Assembly: GCF_964204645.1 (NCBI RefSeq)
Contig: NC_134031.1
Coordinates: 8,308,001-8,372,000 of the forward strand
Direction of reading: 5' to 3'
Length of the DNA: 64,000 nt
Source of the DNA: Tubulanus polymorphus
Lineage: Eukaryota > Animalia > Nemertea
The notes under the pieces are model-generated. The model searched no databases, was not told where the DNA came from, and was given only the letters and a program-made list of their open reading frames with translations. Shown here one piece after another: positions 1-12,624 of the stretch. Each line of letters starts with the position of its first letter. Within the stretch, counting starts at the first letter, position 1. Both the position numbers and the translations under genes were made by a program.

Positions 1-160
1 GGATGGATGGATTGCAGTTTTAAGAATATTCTGACATCAAGCTTGCTTTATTCTGGCTTAATCATCACTTTTCCTCAAGTACAAATAAAGGCTTCATTAT
101 CTTGTGTCTGTGGAAAATTCAGCATTTATAAACCGTCATTTTGCATAAAGCAAAACTATA

Positions 161-414
161 GCTGCGATCACACGACCAAAAACGTCGGACCAGGCCCGAG
201 CCAAATTTTAGCATCAGACAAATGATTGCGTTTGAATTGCAACTGGCACCGGAAATGATCCACTTCGCTTTGTTTGAGCATGGTTTAGTCTCGAGGCACG
301 GGCCAACTTCGCTTTGTTTGAGCATGGTTTAGTATCGAGGCATGGGCCAAATTTGGCCTGAGCCTGATCGGTACCAATTTGGCCCGGGCAAAATTGTCTC
401 CGTGTGATAGCGGC
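161..414. mobile_element. MITE with GCCGCGATCACAC-type TIRs, family copy 1
   Basis: gctgcgatcacacg ... cgtgtgatagcggc; internal sequence matches the reverse complement of 55757-56020. Confidence 0.7.
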
Positions 415-763
415 TTATTATGCTGGTAAATGTCCTGTTTAAAAGTACTGTTTTTACATAAAATAGCATCAGATAAACCATCACAGTACGAATGAATAAA
501 TAACAACAGGTGTGACAATGTTTTAAATTGATCAGACCATCCTGTCTTGATTTACAGCCTCGGTCAGCATGCAGTACAATACACAAACTAGGGGACCAGG
601 GACACCATGCCCACTTCAGTAGATCTTAGCAAAGATGAAGATAATCTGCAGGCATAAAAGTAAGTAAAGTAAGGCCTGTGAATGATTGAGGATTCTTTCC
701 CAAATATTTTGTGGAAACTTGTGACATTCTCTAGGCTTCTGGGAAAAATCAATAAACAGTTAC

Positions 764-3700
764 CTGATAAATAAACAAGTCATTAAATCGATTGCTGCAA
801 TTACATATCCTTTTTTTATCAAATTATCTGGAACACCAATCAGCTTCTCGACAACAGTGGAAGATTCATTACTTTTACTGAAAGAAAAACCATACTATTT
901 GATGCCATTGAGACAATATTGATCATATTTTCTCGTCAAACAAAACTGGGCAAAATGTCTTAATTGTGGCTAACTAGGGGTCCAGGGACACCACGCCCAC
1001 CTGGGAAGTGGTTTGAAATACTCAATAATCAGAAAATTTTAATATTCAATGCCCCTGGTGAACATATAAGGAAAGAAATTACCTTGAAACTCACCACAAT
1101 CATAGAAAATGTCACGAGCTACAATTTTGCAATTGATTGTGGTTACAAAATATGCCAAAGGACCTACAATATGAAAGTACTAAGTTATGAGGCAATTCTA
1201 GCTACCTGGGGACCATATAAAAAACCAGTAACCTTGACACACACCACAATCATAAAATATGTCACAAGCTAAAATATGTCACAAGCTACAATTTTGCTAT
1301 TCATTGTGATTGTCGGGAAATCCTTGGTATCCGAGGAACTGAATCAGTGTTCAAATGATAGATGTTTATTTACAGCTATATACATACAGAATACATCGGG
1401 ACAGCTAGCGTGTCTCTTTCCATACTAAAGGTTTTAAAAACAGTTTCAGCCCTATTCAGCCTACCGTGACACTCACGTGATCATGTGATTATAGTACTAA
1501 ACACACCGAGAAGTCGGCCTAAGATGCCGACAATCCCGGCGCAACGAAAATATAAATGTAAGAGCAGTTTAATACAGTTTATCAGATTAATCAAAGAAAA
1601 AAAATACAACACTTTCAAACCTAATTTTCTAACAGAAAAATAAAAATTAACGAAGATACTTTATACATACACCAAATATGTAATATGTCAACGTAATACC
1701 AAACATAGTTAGTATTAAACAGTGTTAATGCATTATCATTAAACCATACCAGCATCGAATAGTTTTTTATTTTCTCTGATGCCTCTTTAGCCAATTCTCT
1801 TTGTGGTTTATTAGTCAAACCTTTTCTTCTAACCTGAAGACCTCGGGGGAGACGACCTTGGTTGAAGCTGAAACTTCGAGAGGAAACAGCTTCGAAACTG
1901 GATGGTTTGTAAACCCATTCGACGTTCTTAGGCTAACTGATCTAATGAAACCATCACTGCTCTGTTTTAAGTCAGTAATAACAGCTAACCTCCAACAAGG
2001 TTGAGGTAAAAATTCTGACTCGATTAAAACAATATCACCAACTTTCACAGATTGGCTGCGAACTCCTTTGTGTTTGTGAAATTCTCTCAAAGAAACAAGA
2101 TATTCAGATTTCCTTCTATCGTGAAAATGTTCATATAGATATGCACGAATCTTTGATTGACGAGCAAGTTGCGTATTCGTATTTTGTCTACTTAAGTCTG
2201 AATCCGAAAGTTCAACCTTTTCAACTTTTAGATATGGTAAAGATGTTATTGACCGACCCTGAAATAACAATGCCAGTGTAAACGGTTTTGGTTCGGAGAT
2301 TCCATGAGCCACTGCCGTGATAGGTCTATCATTCAATGATGCCTCGATTTCTTTCACAAGAGTTTCTAATTCGATAAAAGTTTAGATTGCCAGAGAACGT
2401 TCCGTAGGCATGTTATCGTTAGGCCAATCAGACGCTCATAAAATCCCCCAAACCATGGAGCCCTTTTTGGGATGAACTCCCATGGACATCCCATCTGACA
2501 TATCGTTCTGACAATCGCAACTGTTTATCGCACCAAATTATTCATTGGCACCAATATAGAAAGGCAAATTGTACAACGCAATATTCAACTCCTCACGATA
2601 ACAAAGATCTGTAAATATTTTTCTTTAAAAAAAACCTTTTTCTACTTACAAATAAGGACTGATGACATTAAGACGGCCGCCAATTGCGTCAGGCTTGACT
2701 GATCCAAACATCTGTCATATATGTTTTTACTTTTTTGGCACAAAAATGGTCACACAACAGCCATCTTGTGTCTGATCGACCAAATTCTTCTCATGCTGAT
2801 GCACCATGGGGGATACAAACATATGCAGCGATGAAAACGGTAAAATCGGAAAAGGTTGGATGTCAATTAGAAACAAAAAAAAAACTAGGCTATCTTTTGT
2901 TATGAGCAGCAATGACGCAAAGTGTCGTCTGCCGAGTGGGCAGCTCTTTTCCTCGTGTTTAGAAAATTTCATAAAAATTTACCAACAATTGATGCTATCT
3001 CCATGGAACTGAGCCACAAAATTCCACTACAAAGAAATGAATTGTGCAGGTACCATCTGAATCATGGCCACAGTCCTGGACGCGGCCACAGGTAAAACAA
3101 GAGCCCCAAGGGGCACTATGGCCAGCCTGTCAGCTTTTCATAAAATGGCAATGATGATGCATTCTGTGGGTTAAATTTGTCAAAATACACTCCCAGCTGA
3201 GAGTCAATACCTAATAATTTACACAATACAATCAAATACAAAAGTAGCACAGACAGCGACTGGATCTGGCAGGAACAAATACCTCAGATAAATCTTTTCC
3301 CTTGGTCTTATTGATTTAAATGCGGAATAGAATTGAATTTTCTGAAATTTGCTCAATAAAACAAAATTGATTTGGATTTGATATTTTTTGCAGCATAAAA
3401 TTGATTGAATTTGTAGTTTGAGCACGTGGCTAATTAGCATATCAAGGTCATCTATCCAATTTAAGAAAAAGCTATTTTTTCCGGACTTTGCACAATGGTC
3501 AATGATATTTTCTGTAGTGCTAATAAAAATATTCCTCCCAAAAACCAAATCAACTAAAGATTTCACAGAAATCGATCTTGAAATAAATTTTAGATCTTAA
3601 AATAAACCCAGGAAGTAAAACGGTAGACGATACCACAGGTTCACATGAACACCTGCTGATTTCTGCGGCTAAGCCAAACATAGAGGAGTCTTTGCTTTCT

Positions 3701-6700
3701 GATTGGCTTTTCAAAACCAATATTTTTGCGATCAGATATTCGCAAAAAAGCTCATATAAATTTTAACGAGGCCTCTTTCAAAATTCAGCTACGTACAGTT
3801 TGGAGAATGGATAATGCTTTAATGAATGATTTGTATGAATAAATGCTCAGTTGCACAGATAAAGAGCCTTTGCTCTGGAAACCATGTCATTTAAATTTGC
3901 TCCATTTATATAGTAATAGGCTCAGCCTATGGCTGGCCTAAAAACCCAGCAACGGAACCGGCCTGTAACTGTAACTAAAGGACCAGTCCTGTGCTCTCGA
4001 GGTACAATTTTTTATAATATCGATGAAAACTACATTGTTCATTCTACTAATTAAATTATGCAGATCTGTTTGCTTTAACAACTGCCCTGGGGCACTAAGG
4101 TGAGACTTGACGCCTCCGACAGTGGGAGGCAGGAAGAAATACATCAGATCGATTTGATTTGCTTTAAGCTTAAGAGTGAAATATGGCGCCGGTTATATGA
4201 CCAATGTCTATCACTTTCAAAGACTTTTTAATAATTATTGGACCGATAACGACTTAAATGAAAATCGATTAATAACTTTATTTCATTCAAAATAATAATT
4301 GCCCATGGGCCAAGAGGTTTTACCACAGCATTATGAAGTGCAAAGGTGAGATGATAAGTCGAAGTTCAAAATACCCGTAAACGATAGATGGATGAAATTT
4401 GTAATATACGAGTAGATTCGTTGACAGTCAAACGAATGAACCGTAGCAGCTACATCAGCATGTCGCGAATCCAAGGATGGAGCTGCGATACTGCGTTGGA
4501 CTTTTTGCCGATAATCTGCGGCTGCAGCCAGACCGGTTCAATCGCACGTATCGAGAAAGCCGTAGCCGCGATCAGAGCACACACGATGCCCATACGAAGA
4601 TGGGATCGCTACCGACAAGCCGTGTCGTGATGTCACGATATAAGAAATCGCCATTCATTGTCCAATGAACAACAATGGCTGCAAGTTGGCCATTTTGATT
4701 CTAACAAGGCCAGTTTTTGGGCTGAAGATGTGTCTGTCTAGGGTAGATACATGTGTAACCCAAATATCAAGACAATAACTTGAAGCGTCTTCAAAACTTC
4801 CCAAAATAACTGGATTCCGTCTATGGACGGACGGACGAACGAACAGACGACGACGGCTCACCCCCTACCCTCTAACCCATTAGAATATATTAAAATATAT
4901 TATTCAGAAATCTTCTTGATATTATTGTGATCAACTTCACCATTCAACCCAATATAATGTGACATAATCTTGAATACAAAGTTGCCAGATCTATTTTTGC
5001 AGCGTATTTAACCCCATTAATCTGATGAGTCATCAATTCAACGACTGTAAAAATGATGTGCTTTGGTTCGCTGTAAACATACACGACACGATGCCGACAC
5101 GCTCGTAATCGCTCTCTTGTCCCTCAAGAGCTAAAAATTGATTATTTTGGTGAAAAAAAATCGCTGCCAGGCAGCCATCTTGATTCTGATCAGGCCAGTT
5201 TTCGGGCAGAAGATGTATCTAGGGTAGATACAAGTACAAACCAAAGATAAAGACAATCCATCAAAGCGTCTTCAAAACTTCCCAAAATAACTGGATTTCG
5301 TTTACCGAAGAATGGACGGACGAAAAATGAATGCAATAGCCCGCTGAGACTAAAGTCCAAAGTGGGCTAAAACTGTATAAGTCATGGTGAGATGTGAGTG
5401 GCTAAAAGAATAGGGTGATTCTTTTGAGTTAATGAGAGATCAGTTAATATACCACAAGTCTCGAGGTTCATTCTATTTTCTATTAACTATTTACATACCT
5501 TTTACAATAAAGAATACAGATGAGATTCACCACATAATCCATTAACTCAATCATAAATCGCTCTTTAATATTCATTATGATAACGATGACATCAAGTATT
5601 GATATTCTTGTCGCTATTTCCAGTTTAGCTGCACCATTTGCTTCACTGATCTCAGACAAAACATGCAGCAAAGAACGCAAGTTGTTCAAAGCCATAAAAC
5701 CTACAGGTGGAGTTAGTTGAAATTGATTGAATTTCATAATCAACCAATCAAGCAGTTCTCTACAGAAGTGAGACTGTGTCTGTTCTTGGGTAAATGTTTC
5801 CGCAATGTAACAAATGATAAATTGATGACAAGATTTACTGACGAAAATACTTTCATCTTGAAAATGATTGCCAATAAACTGAACTCTATCTGAAAATACA
5901 GAAACAAATGTCTGGTTGAAAATCATTGGTAGAAATAGAAATTCTAGATGTAGGCCTACAAAGGTATATGATTAATCTAATCAATTGATTTAGTATGTTC
6001 AGTGAAAGGATTTTGAGTTCAAATCAAAATCTTGGAATTAATATCATTAGAAGTTATCAGCACATAGCGTCCCATATATTCAACTTCATAACCTTTTTTA
6101 ATGTATGGACCCCACTGAAAATTGACATGAGCTAAAACATCACAATGCTAAGTCATTTAACACTTCACAATAAAAACTATACACCTTGTAGTGGAACAAA
6201 TCTGGAAAATTGTCCAAAAATACACTCCAACTTTGCTATACTGAACTTAAACATTGGATGGATTTAAACTTGCTTCAGGCAAACGGTGACAAAACCGAGT
6301 TCTCCCTAATTGGCTCTCCATCACAGCTTACTAAGCTTCGCACATTTGATCTCAATCTTGATGATGCTGTAATTACTTCATCTCACTCCTTACGTAATCT
6401 CGGCGTCATTTTTGATCAGAACATGTCCATGGTAAAACATGTAAACCACTTATGCTCTGTAGCTTTCTATCACCTTAGAAACATAAGTAAGATCAGACAG
6501 TTTTTGAATCAAGGAATTGCTGAACGCCTTATTCACGCTTTTGTGACAACTCGCCTTGACTATTGCAACTCTTTACTCTTTGGCCTCCCTGACAACATTT
6601 TAGATAAATTACGTGTTCAAAATTCTGCTGCCCGGATCCTGACTCGAAACTCAAAATTTTGTCACATAACACCGATTCTACACGATCTGCATTGGCTTCC

Positions 6701-8385
6701 AATCAAACACCGCATCCAATTTAAAATCTTGATCCTTACTTATAAATCCTTGAATGGTCAGGCCCCACAATATTTGAAATCATTAGTGCAATACAAGGCA
6801 TCCTCTAGAGTGTTAAGATCAAACAGTCAATCACTTCTAGTCATCCCTCGTGTCAATCTAGTCTCTGCGGGTCATAGGGCCTTTTCTTACTCCCCACTAC
6901 TTTGGAACTCCTTACCAGATGCCATTAAATCTAGTCCTTCTACTGATGTTTTTAAATCGCAACTTAAAACCCATTTGTTCACTAAAGCTTTTAACTAATG
7001 ATGTAAATTGTTTTTTCTATCATTATGTTTGAATTGTGTCTTTATATTGTAAAGCCAATGAGCATATTTTATATGGATTTTAGGCTCAATAAATTATTAT
7101 CATTATTATTATTAAATATAATCATTAATAAGCCCATCAACAAGTTATTTATCTCTAATAGGACAACACATGTGGAAGTGTGCTATGTGTAAATACACAC
7201 CTGCAAGCAACAGGCACCTAAAAATTGCAGATCAAAATACTTATTTCTCAGTAACTGATGTCTTTGATTTAAGGCGAAAAACGCAAAAAGCCTAGGTTAC
7301 TTACTTTGCATTCTGGATGAAATATTTTGTATTTCAGGATATTTGGATAATGCCCCTAGTGTCAGAAACCAGGCATTACGGACTGACGCACACTTCCAAA
7401 TTCCTTCATCGTCGCAAACAAGTTGTAAAGTACGAAATACATTACTGCAACGGAGGCAGTTAAATCCAGCTGGAATCCTTCCAATATATTCACAAAGGTT
7501 CAAAGCAAATGATGCGATCTTTGGATCATTGTGATTTAAAGGCGCTATCTGGATGAATTCAATGACATTTTCACACTCAACAAACCATTGCCAGTTACCT
7601 GAAATATAAACACCATGATTCAAGATGAAACAGGCAACATAACAACTCATTCGAGCAAGAATCGAGCAAGAAGTATGATGGATATATATGTTCTACAAAT
7701 ATTTGAAAATTCGAATCATTATTTGCTGACTTTGCATTGCGCAGGGGCATTGGAAGCAATTTTTGATTGCCGTGGCCTAATGCCGATTTTGGACAGGTTT
7801 TAAATATTGCCGTGGCGAATATACTTAATTTCTTCAAAAACGTGGTATTCAAAGAAAAAAAAAACGTCATTCAGTAAATAATGTTCCAACGCCACTGTTG
7901 CGATGATATTAGTTTATTTGCTGACTTTCCATTGTGATGATATTAGCCTATAAGGTGCAAAACGTTGCTATCGACAATGCAAACCTTCAAATCGATGGAT
8001 GCAGTGTAAAATGGATGGTAGGCTTCTGTATTCGTAACATTGATTAAGTGAAAAATCCAGAAATCGATCCCAAAGACTGTGTAACAAAGTGATGAAACAC
8101 ATAGAAGTAAACGAATATGCCACATTTTATGTCATCTCGGTAAAGGATGACCGGTGACGAATAGTTAAGGCCTAGAGCAGAGGCCTACTTACATATTTCG
8201 GATGAACAAAAATGCTGTAGGCCTATCGTAGAAAGCAGTTTATCTAATGTTGTATCATCAACCACACATTTATCTGGGTTATTCAACACCTTAAACACTG
8301 CCGAGAGAGCACGTCTATAAGCGTCTGTATATATAATCTTTTGCAGTTCCAGGGTTTTATCCGTCGTCGGCGTCGTCATTGACAT
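764..8385 (-). CDS. BRAT1: BRCA1-associated ATM activator 1-like gene, 5' part; exons ~8385-8193, 7598-7305, 5889-5499, 5070-4941, 3595-3283, 877-764; 3' end not resolved, probably left of the window
   Basis: Spliced peptide has VLNNPDKCVVDDTTLDKLL, SFALNLCEYI, WKCASVRNAWFLTLGALSKYP and FQDESIFVSKSCHQFII. These parallel recalled human BRAT1 [48 protein letters not shown] and LQGDSSLFVASAASQLL. GT-AG junctions are phase-compatible; exons 4-6 rest on frame and phase only. Confidence 0.78.
972..1310 (+). repeat. Dispersed repeat with internal ~120-bp tandem units (Helitron/Helentron-derived type), interrupted by a BEL LTR
   Basis: Starts aactaggggtccagggacacc (also at ~586 and ~16702); unit contains accttgaaactcaccacaatcatagaa; further copies at 16702-17290 and 40455-40845 (-). 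Confidence 0.65.
1311..1532 (-). repeat. 222-bp LTR of the BEL element
   Basis: TGTCGG...CCGACA inverted termini; minus-strand AATAAA near 1365; gcgccgggat immediately precedes the LTR. Confidence 0.75.
1311..2510 (-). mobile_element. BEL/Pao LTR retrotransposon 3' remnant: integrase core/DUF5641-like tail, PPT-like tract and 3' LTR
   Basis: Minus strand gives WEFIPKRAPWFGGFYERLIG (~2490-2425) and ORF 1815-2357 with IEASLNDRPIT, KVGDIVLIE, WRLAVI, DGFIRSV, PVSKLFPLE, followed by a frameshifted KPQRELAKEASEKI tail. Confidence 0.88.
4650..5373 (-). mobile_element. Two Helentron-associated (HINE/DINE-like) non-autonomous fragments (~4650-4860 and ~5165-5373)
   Basis: Minus strand reads ttttagcccactttggactttagtc...gcgggctattgc followed by gtcc microsatellite seeds; shared core ttattttgggaagttttgaagacgctt recurs at ~39870, ~44190, ~56840 and ~60080. 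Confidence 0.6.
6210..7113 (+). mobile_element. 5'-truncated L2/CR1-group LINE (C-terminal part of ORF2 plus 3' UTR and ATT-repeat tail) in a BRAT1 intron
   Basis: ORF 6210-6998 has LQANGDKTE, RNLGVIFD, AFVTTRLDYCNSLL, LHWLPI and FKSQLKTHLF; aataaa then (att)n at ~7088-7113. Confidence 0.9.
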
Positions 8386-8401
8386 TGTTTGTACTTTTTA
8401 G

Positions 8402-9189
8402 CACAGGGGTTTGGCGATGGGCTTGGATTTTATTTCCGGGTTGTTGATAATCTCGCGAGAATGGCGCTAAATATGAACTGCGAATAAATTCAAAATATCA
8501 CGGAAATACCTTGTGTTTATATTGTTTATTTATCCGCTATAAAGTTCTGATAAACAATTGGTCGTTAAGAATCATTATCAGACGGTCGTCACGCTTTACT
8601 ATATAAAATCACAAGGGATGAAACGCCAGGCCTCCGCTGTACTTAAATTTTCAGCCAGAAAGTTGGGACAGTCACGTGACATTCTGATGACGTCATCGCA
8701 TTTAAAACTTCAACACGAAAAGTTAACATATTTACAGACCGATATCAATTGTCAGATTATGATTCATATGAAATAAATAACTTATAAGTAATAAATTATG
8801 ACGAAATATATAATTCATAGTAAAAAAATGCATTTGAATGTAAGTTATTCTCAAATATTTTTCGTATCATAGTTTCCATCTTATATGCTTCAGGTTCGCG
8901 TTCAGTCAAATAAGAAGCGTTAAGTCACGTGACTGTCCCAACTTTCTGGCTGGCACAACTCTGAAGGCGTTTCATCCCTTGTTCTTTTATATAGTAGCGT
9001 GACGACCGTCTGATAATGATTCTTAACGACCAATTGTTTATCGAAACTTTATAGCGGATAAATAAACAATATAAACACAAGGTATTTCCGTGATATTTTG
9101 AATTTATTCGCAGTTCATATTTAGCGCCATTCTCGCGAGATTATCAACAACCCGGAAATAAAATCCAAGCCCATCGCCAAACCCCTGTG
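8402..9189. mobile_element. Non-autonomous DNA transposon with ~200-bp TIRs and 8-bp TSD (P-element-like)
   Basis: CACAGGGGTTTGGCGATGGG...CCCATCGCCAAACCCCTGTG; CTTTTTAG at 8394-8401 and 9190-9197. Confidence 0.88.
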
Positions 9190-11591
9190 CTTTTTAGTTG
9201 TGGCTGTGTTTATCAATTTAACCCTTTCATTTAGAACGTGTTATTTTTCTCTCGCTGTTTTGATATGTTTGGGTGTTTGATATTTATCCACTGTATTGCT
9301 TCTCTACTGTATTCACTTTGTTGACGTATTGCTATGATGTTTAACTTTAAAATTTTAAATAGTGTCAATAAAGAAAGGATTGAATTGAATTACCACATGA
9401 CCTTGATAATAAGGGGGTTGCTCCGGATATATCCCGAGTAGACTGGTTGCCGGTCTCTTTTTGATCCTACATTTTTATGTGAAATGAGATGGAAAATCTT
9501 TCCATCTCATTTCACATAAAAGTGCCTGCCCTAAAAATCAGTGTCAAATTTTGGGGCTAGACCTTTCGATATTTAGATACCGTGATTACCGGTAATTTTC
9601 ATTTTTAGTAAGAATGATGAGTATCGGCGGGCAGGGGTTCAGGTATCCCCGGCACTCCTACCATTAGCTTCTTCGACTTCGGTCCTTCAAGTTTTCAATA
9701 GGAAAGTGCCCCTCTTCACGGTGAAAAATTAACTTTTCTCGAAATAGAACTGCCCCTCAACGGGCCGAGGCTTATACAGGTACCCGGCGTCCAAGCGGTC
9801 AAGAGTGCGTACCGTACTCGAAGCCCTGTCGACTCTAAATTAGGCCATAGATTCTATGATTAGGCCATATATATACCTGGTAAAGCACCTGTGATCATTC
9901 AAATTACTACGATTATGCCTTCTTGAGTTGAAACATTTGTTTAATGCTGCCTAACTGTTTAATGCTGGCAACAATTCGAAGGTCACGTAATTTCGAGATG
10001 TGACTCGACTAATACACATCCCTAGAGCACGTCCGAGTCGACGTCTCGTATCGGTTACTGTGCGACTCTCATGGATCAGGACTGAGTTTAGGTGGATCAT
10101 CGAACACTGCCCGTATAAGAGGCCCTAAGTCTAAATAATGTCAAAGATATATTCTTGTGGATATTCTCAGGTCTGATTTTCCGTTTTGTGGCTCATTTGG
10201 ATGAGGTCATGCCGTTTATTATCTCAAAGACATTTGCCCCTCGGCTCCTTAACGGCGTTAAAAAACACATGCAACGACATACTAGGTGAACATCACATTT
10301 ATAAACGAATGCCAAGGGATTTTGGAAAATGAATCGCTTTATTGATATAATAAAATTTCTCGATATATACACAACTTTACTTTACTTTTGCATAATAATA
10401 CGATGGGTAGCCATATTCATTAAAATTCGGAAAAAAAGACACATATAGATCGTACATATGTATTTACATGTACATGTATTAGTCTCTAGTTCATGAAAAT
10501 CAACCAGCCATTCTATGAACTCCACAGATGACTAGATCTCGTACATGGACAACAATAATAAATATAAGTAAACATACAAACATAATAATGCTGTTAATTC
10601 TGTAAATATGAAAAGAAAATTAATACAATCTAAAGTCATGATATATAGTTGAATTAGTACATGTATAGTCAGAACTAGTAATAGTCATGCGTATCTTGAA
10701 ATACATGTGAAAGGTAACCGTAACTAAATTCCGAATTACATTTGTCCCAATGGAAATCATAATTCAATGCATGTAGTTTTATTCCCGAAGTCACCTCCTC
10801 CTTTGCTCAATTGCTCAAGCATTTTAGTCATGTTCATGAAGCTGGATACGCAATGAGTTGCCATGAAGAATAAGTTATATTACCTTTTTGGAGAAGCTCA
10901 AATGACTAATGTCTAATAGTCAACATTGCATCCAGGGTTTGGATTTGATACCGATATTTTTGATTAGATGTACCTGCTAATGCTAATAGGCTGAGAGGCA
11001 CCTTTACAAGTTCAATTAATGTAACTAACTAGTGACTACAAACACTAGATGTTAGTCATTTCACCACATCCTCCAAAGGCCAAAAGGTACCCCGAGAAGG
11101 TTTTTAGTAACAATTCATAGAAATATTGGTCCCACCGTGAAGGAGTCTAACATTACAGTCTTACCCCCATAGAATATCAATAGAAGAGATCCAATTAAAA
11201 CTGCAGGACTAATGAATCTAACTGTAGAACTCACTTAATTCAGATATTTATTTAATTTGGATGAAATATTTGGTCTACTTAACCTGAAACCATGTAAATT
11301 ATTATTCATGATTCGGATTTTACTTAATTTGGAGAAATCTGGGCAAAGTCCCTAGTCATCCGAATTAATTGAGTTCTAATGTAGAAACATGGACCCCACA
11401 TGGAAACAAGCAATCTGTTTGGCCTAATGGTAGCACATTAACAGAATCATTAATGAAATACTACCAGAGATACATGCATTGTAAAATAAACATGATTAAA
11501 TACAACATTACCCACAGGAAAAATATTCTGAAATGACACCCACATAAATCAACTTTGATTTGATATTATGCAGCTGTATATATAAAATATA

Positions 11592-11784
11592 CAGTAGACT
11601 CTTGCTAAAGTCAGATCTTACTGGGATGTGGAATTTTGTCAGACTTGAGCAATAAACCAAGGTATATCCAGTGCGATATTCTGAATATAATTCATATAGA
11701 GGGAAATATCGAAAACATTTTTACAAGCATCCAAGTTCAAGGGTTATCCAAGGTGGTCAGATCCAATTTTGGTGAAGTTTACTG
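11592..11784. mobile_element. Tc1/mariner (pogo/Tigger-like) MITE
   Basis: TA|cagtagactc ... gaagtttactg|TA. Confidence 0.55.
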
Positions 11785-12464
11785 TACACTTAGAGAATTC
11801 AGTCAACCGTTTACTTAAGACAAAAGACACACTCATGCACCATGTACACAGTATAATCTAGTTTATACGTCGGTATATGAACATTACATGTGACTATGGT
11901 GATAGTCATATTAGTCCCTACCCTGGACCACCCCCTCAAATATCTGACTCATTCTGGCCTTCAAATTTTTGACAAGGCATTCAGTCCGAGACATATCTCT
12001 CATTGAAAATGAATGTAAAAATTGAGGGCAGACATTTTATTCTAAAGATTTTAAAAATTAGTCGTCCAGACATCACACAGCAAATAGTGATACAGAGGAT
12101 GTATTTTATCAAGGAGATTATGATTTTTATCACAATCTTCTTAAGGAATGATAGATAGATATGGTTTTTATCGCAAGGAATGATATAAGTAAGTGAATAT
12201 AACCAAAGTAAAAAATTCTTTTAGCCAGCTTCTTCAGGAATGAGGAATGAATTAATTTTGATTTTGCTTCCCTTAACCACAGATGCATAGGCAAACTTGT
12301 ACATGTACTTTTACATATGCATATGAACAACATTGCCTAGTTCTCTATCCATTTATAGGAATCGTACAGTAAACTACAGATATAAAGTCATCATGTAGGC
12401 TACTTATTGTTTAAACATTTGAATTATATGCAGGCAGAGGTGAATTCAGATAGCATGACTTTTT

Positions 12465-12624
12465 CAGTCAAACCTGCTTAATCTGGATTTTGGTCTAATC
12501 CGGAGAGTATTTGCAGTCCATTTGTTCATTAATTCATACAAGAAAATGACCTTGAATCCGGATTTTCCGTAAACCAGATGAATTTTGTTGGACCCAAATA
12601 TTCCGAATTAAGCGGATTTTACTG
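12465..12624. mobile_element. Tc1/mariner (pogo/Tigger-like) MITE
   Basis: cagtcaaacctgcttaat ... attaagcggattttactg|TA. Confidence 0.55.

Noticed and set aside
2983-3026. Possible extra BRAT1 mini-exon
   Set aside because: Its phase is incompatible with the next open exon (877-764), which joins directly to 3283.
5022-5055. ctgatgagtc...gac as a hammerhead
   Set aside because: No GAAA after stem II, and it lies within a probable BRAT1 exon.
10030-10275. Possible SINE body
   Set aside because: No convincing A/B boxes or TSD.
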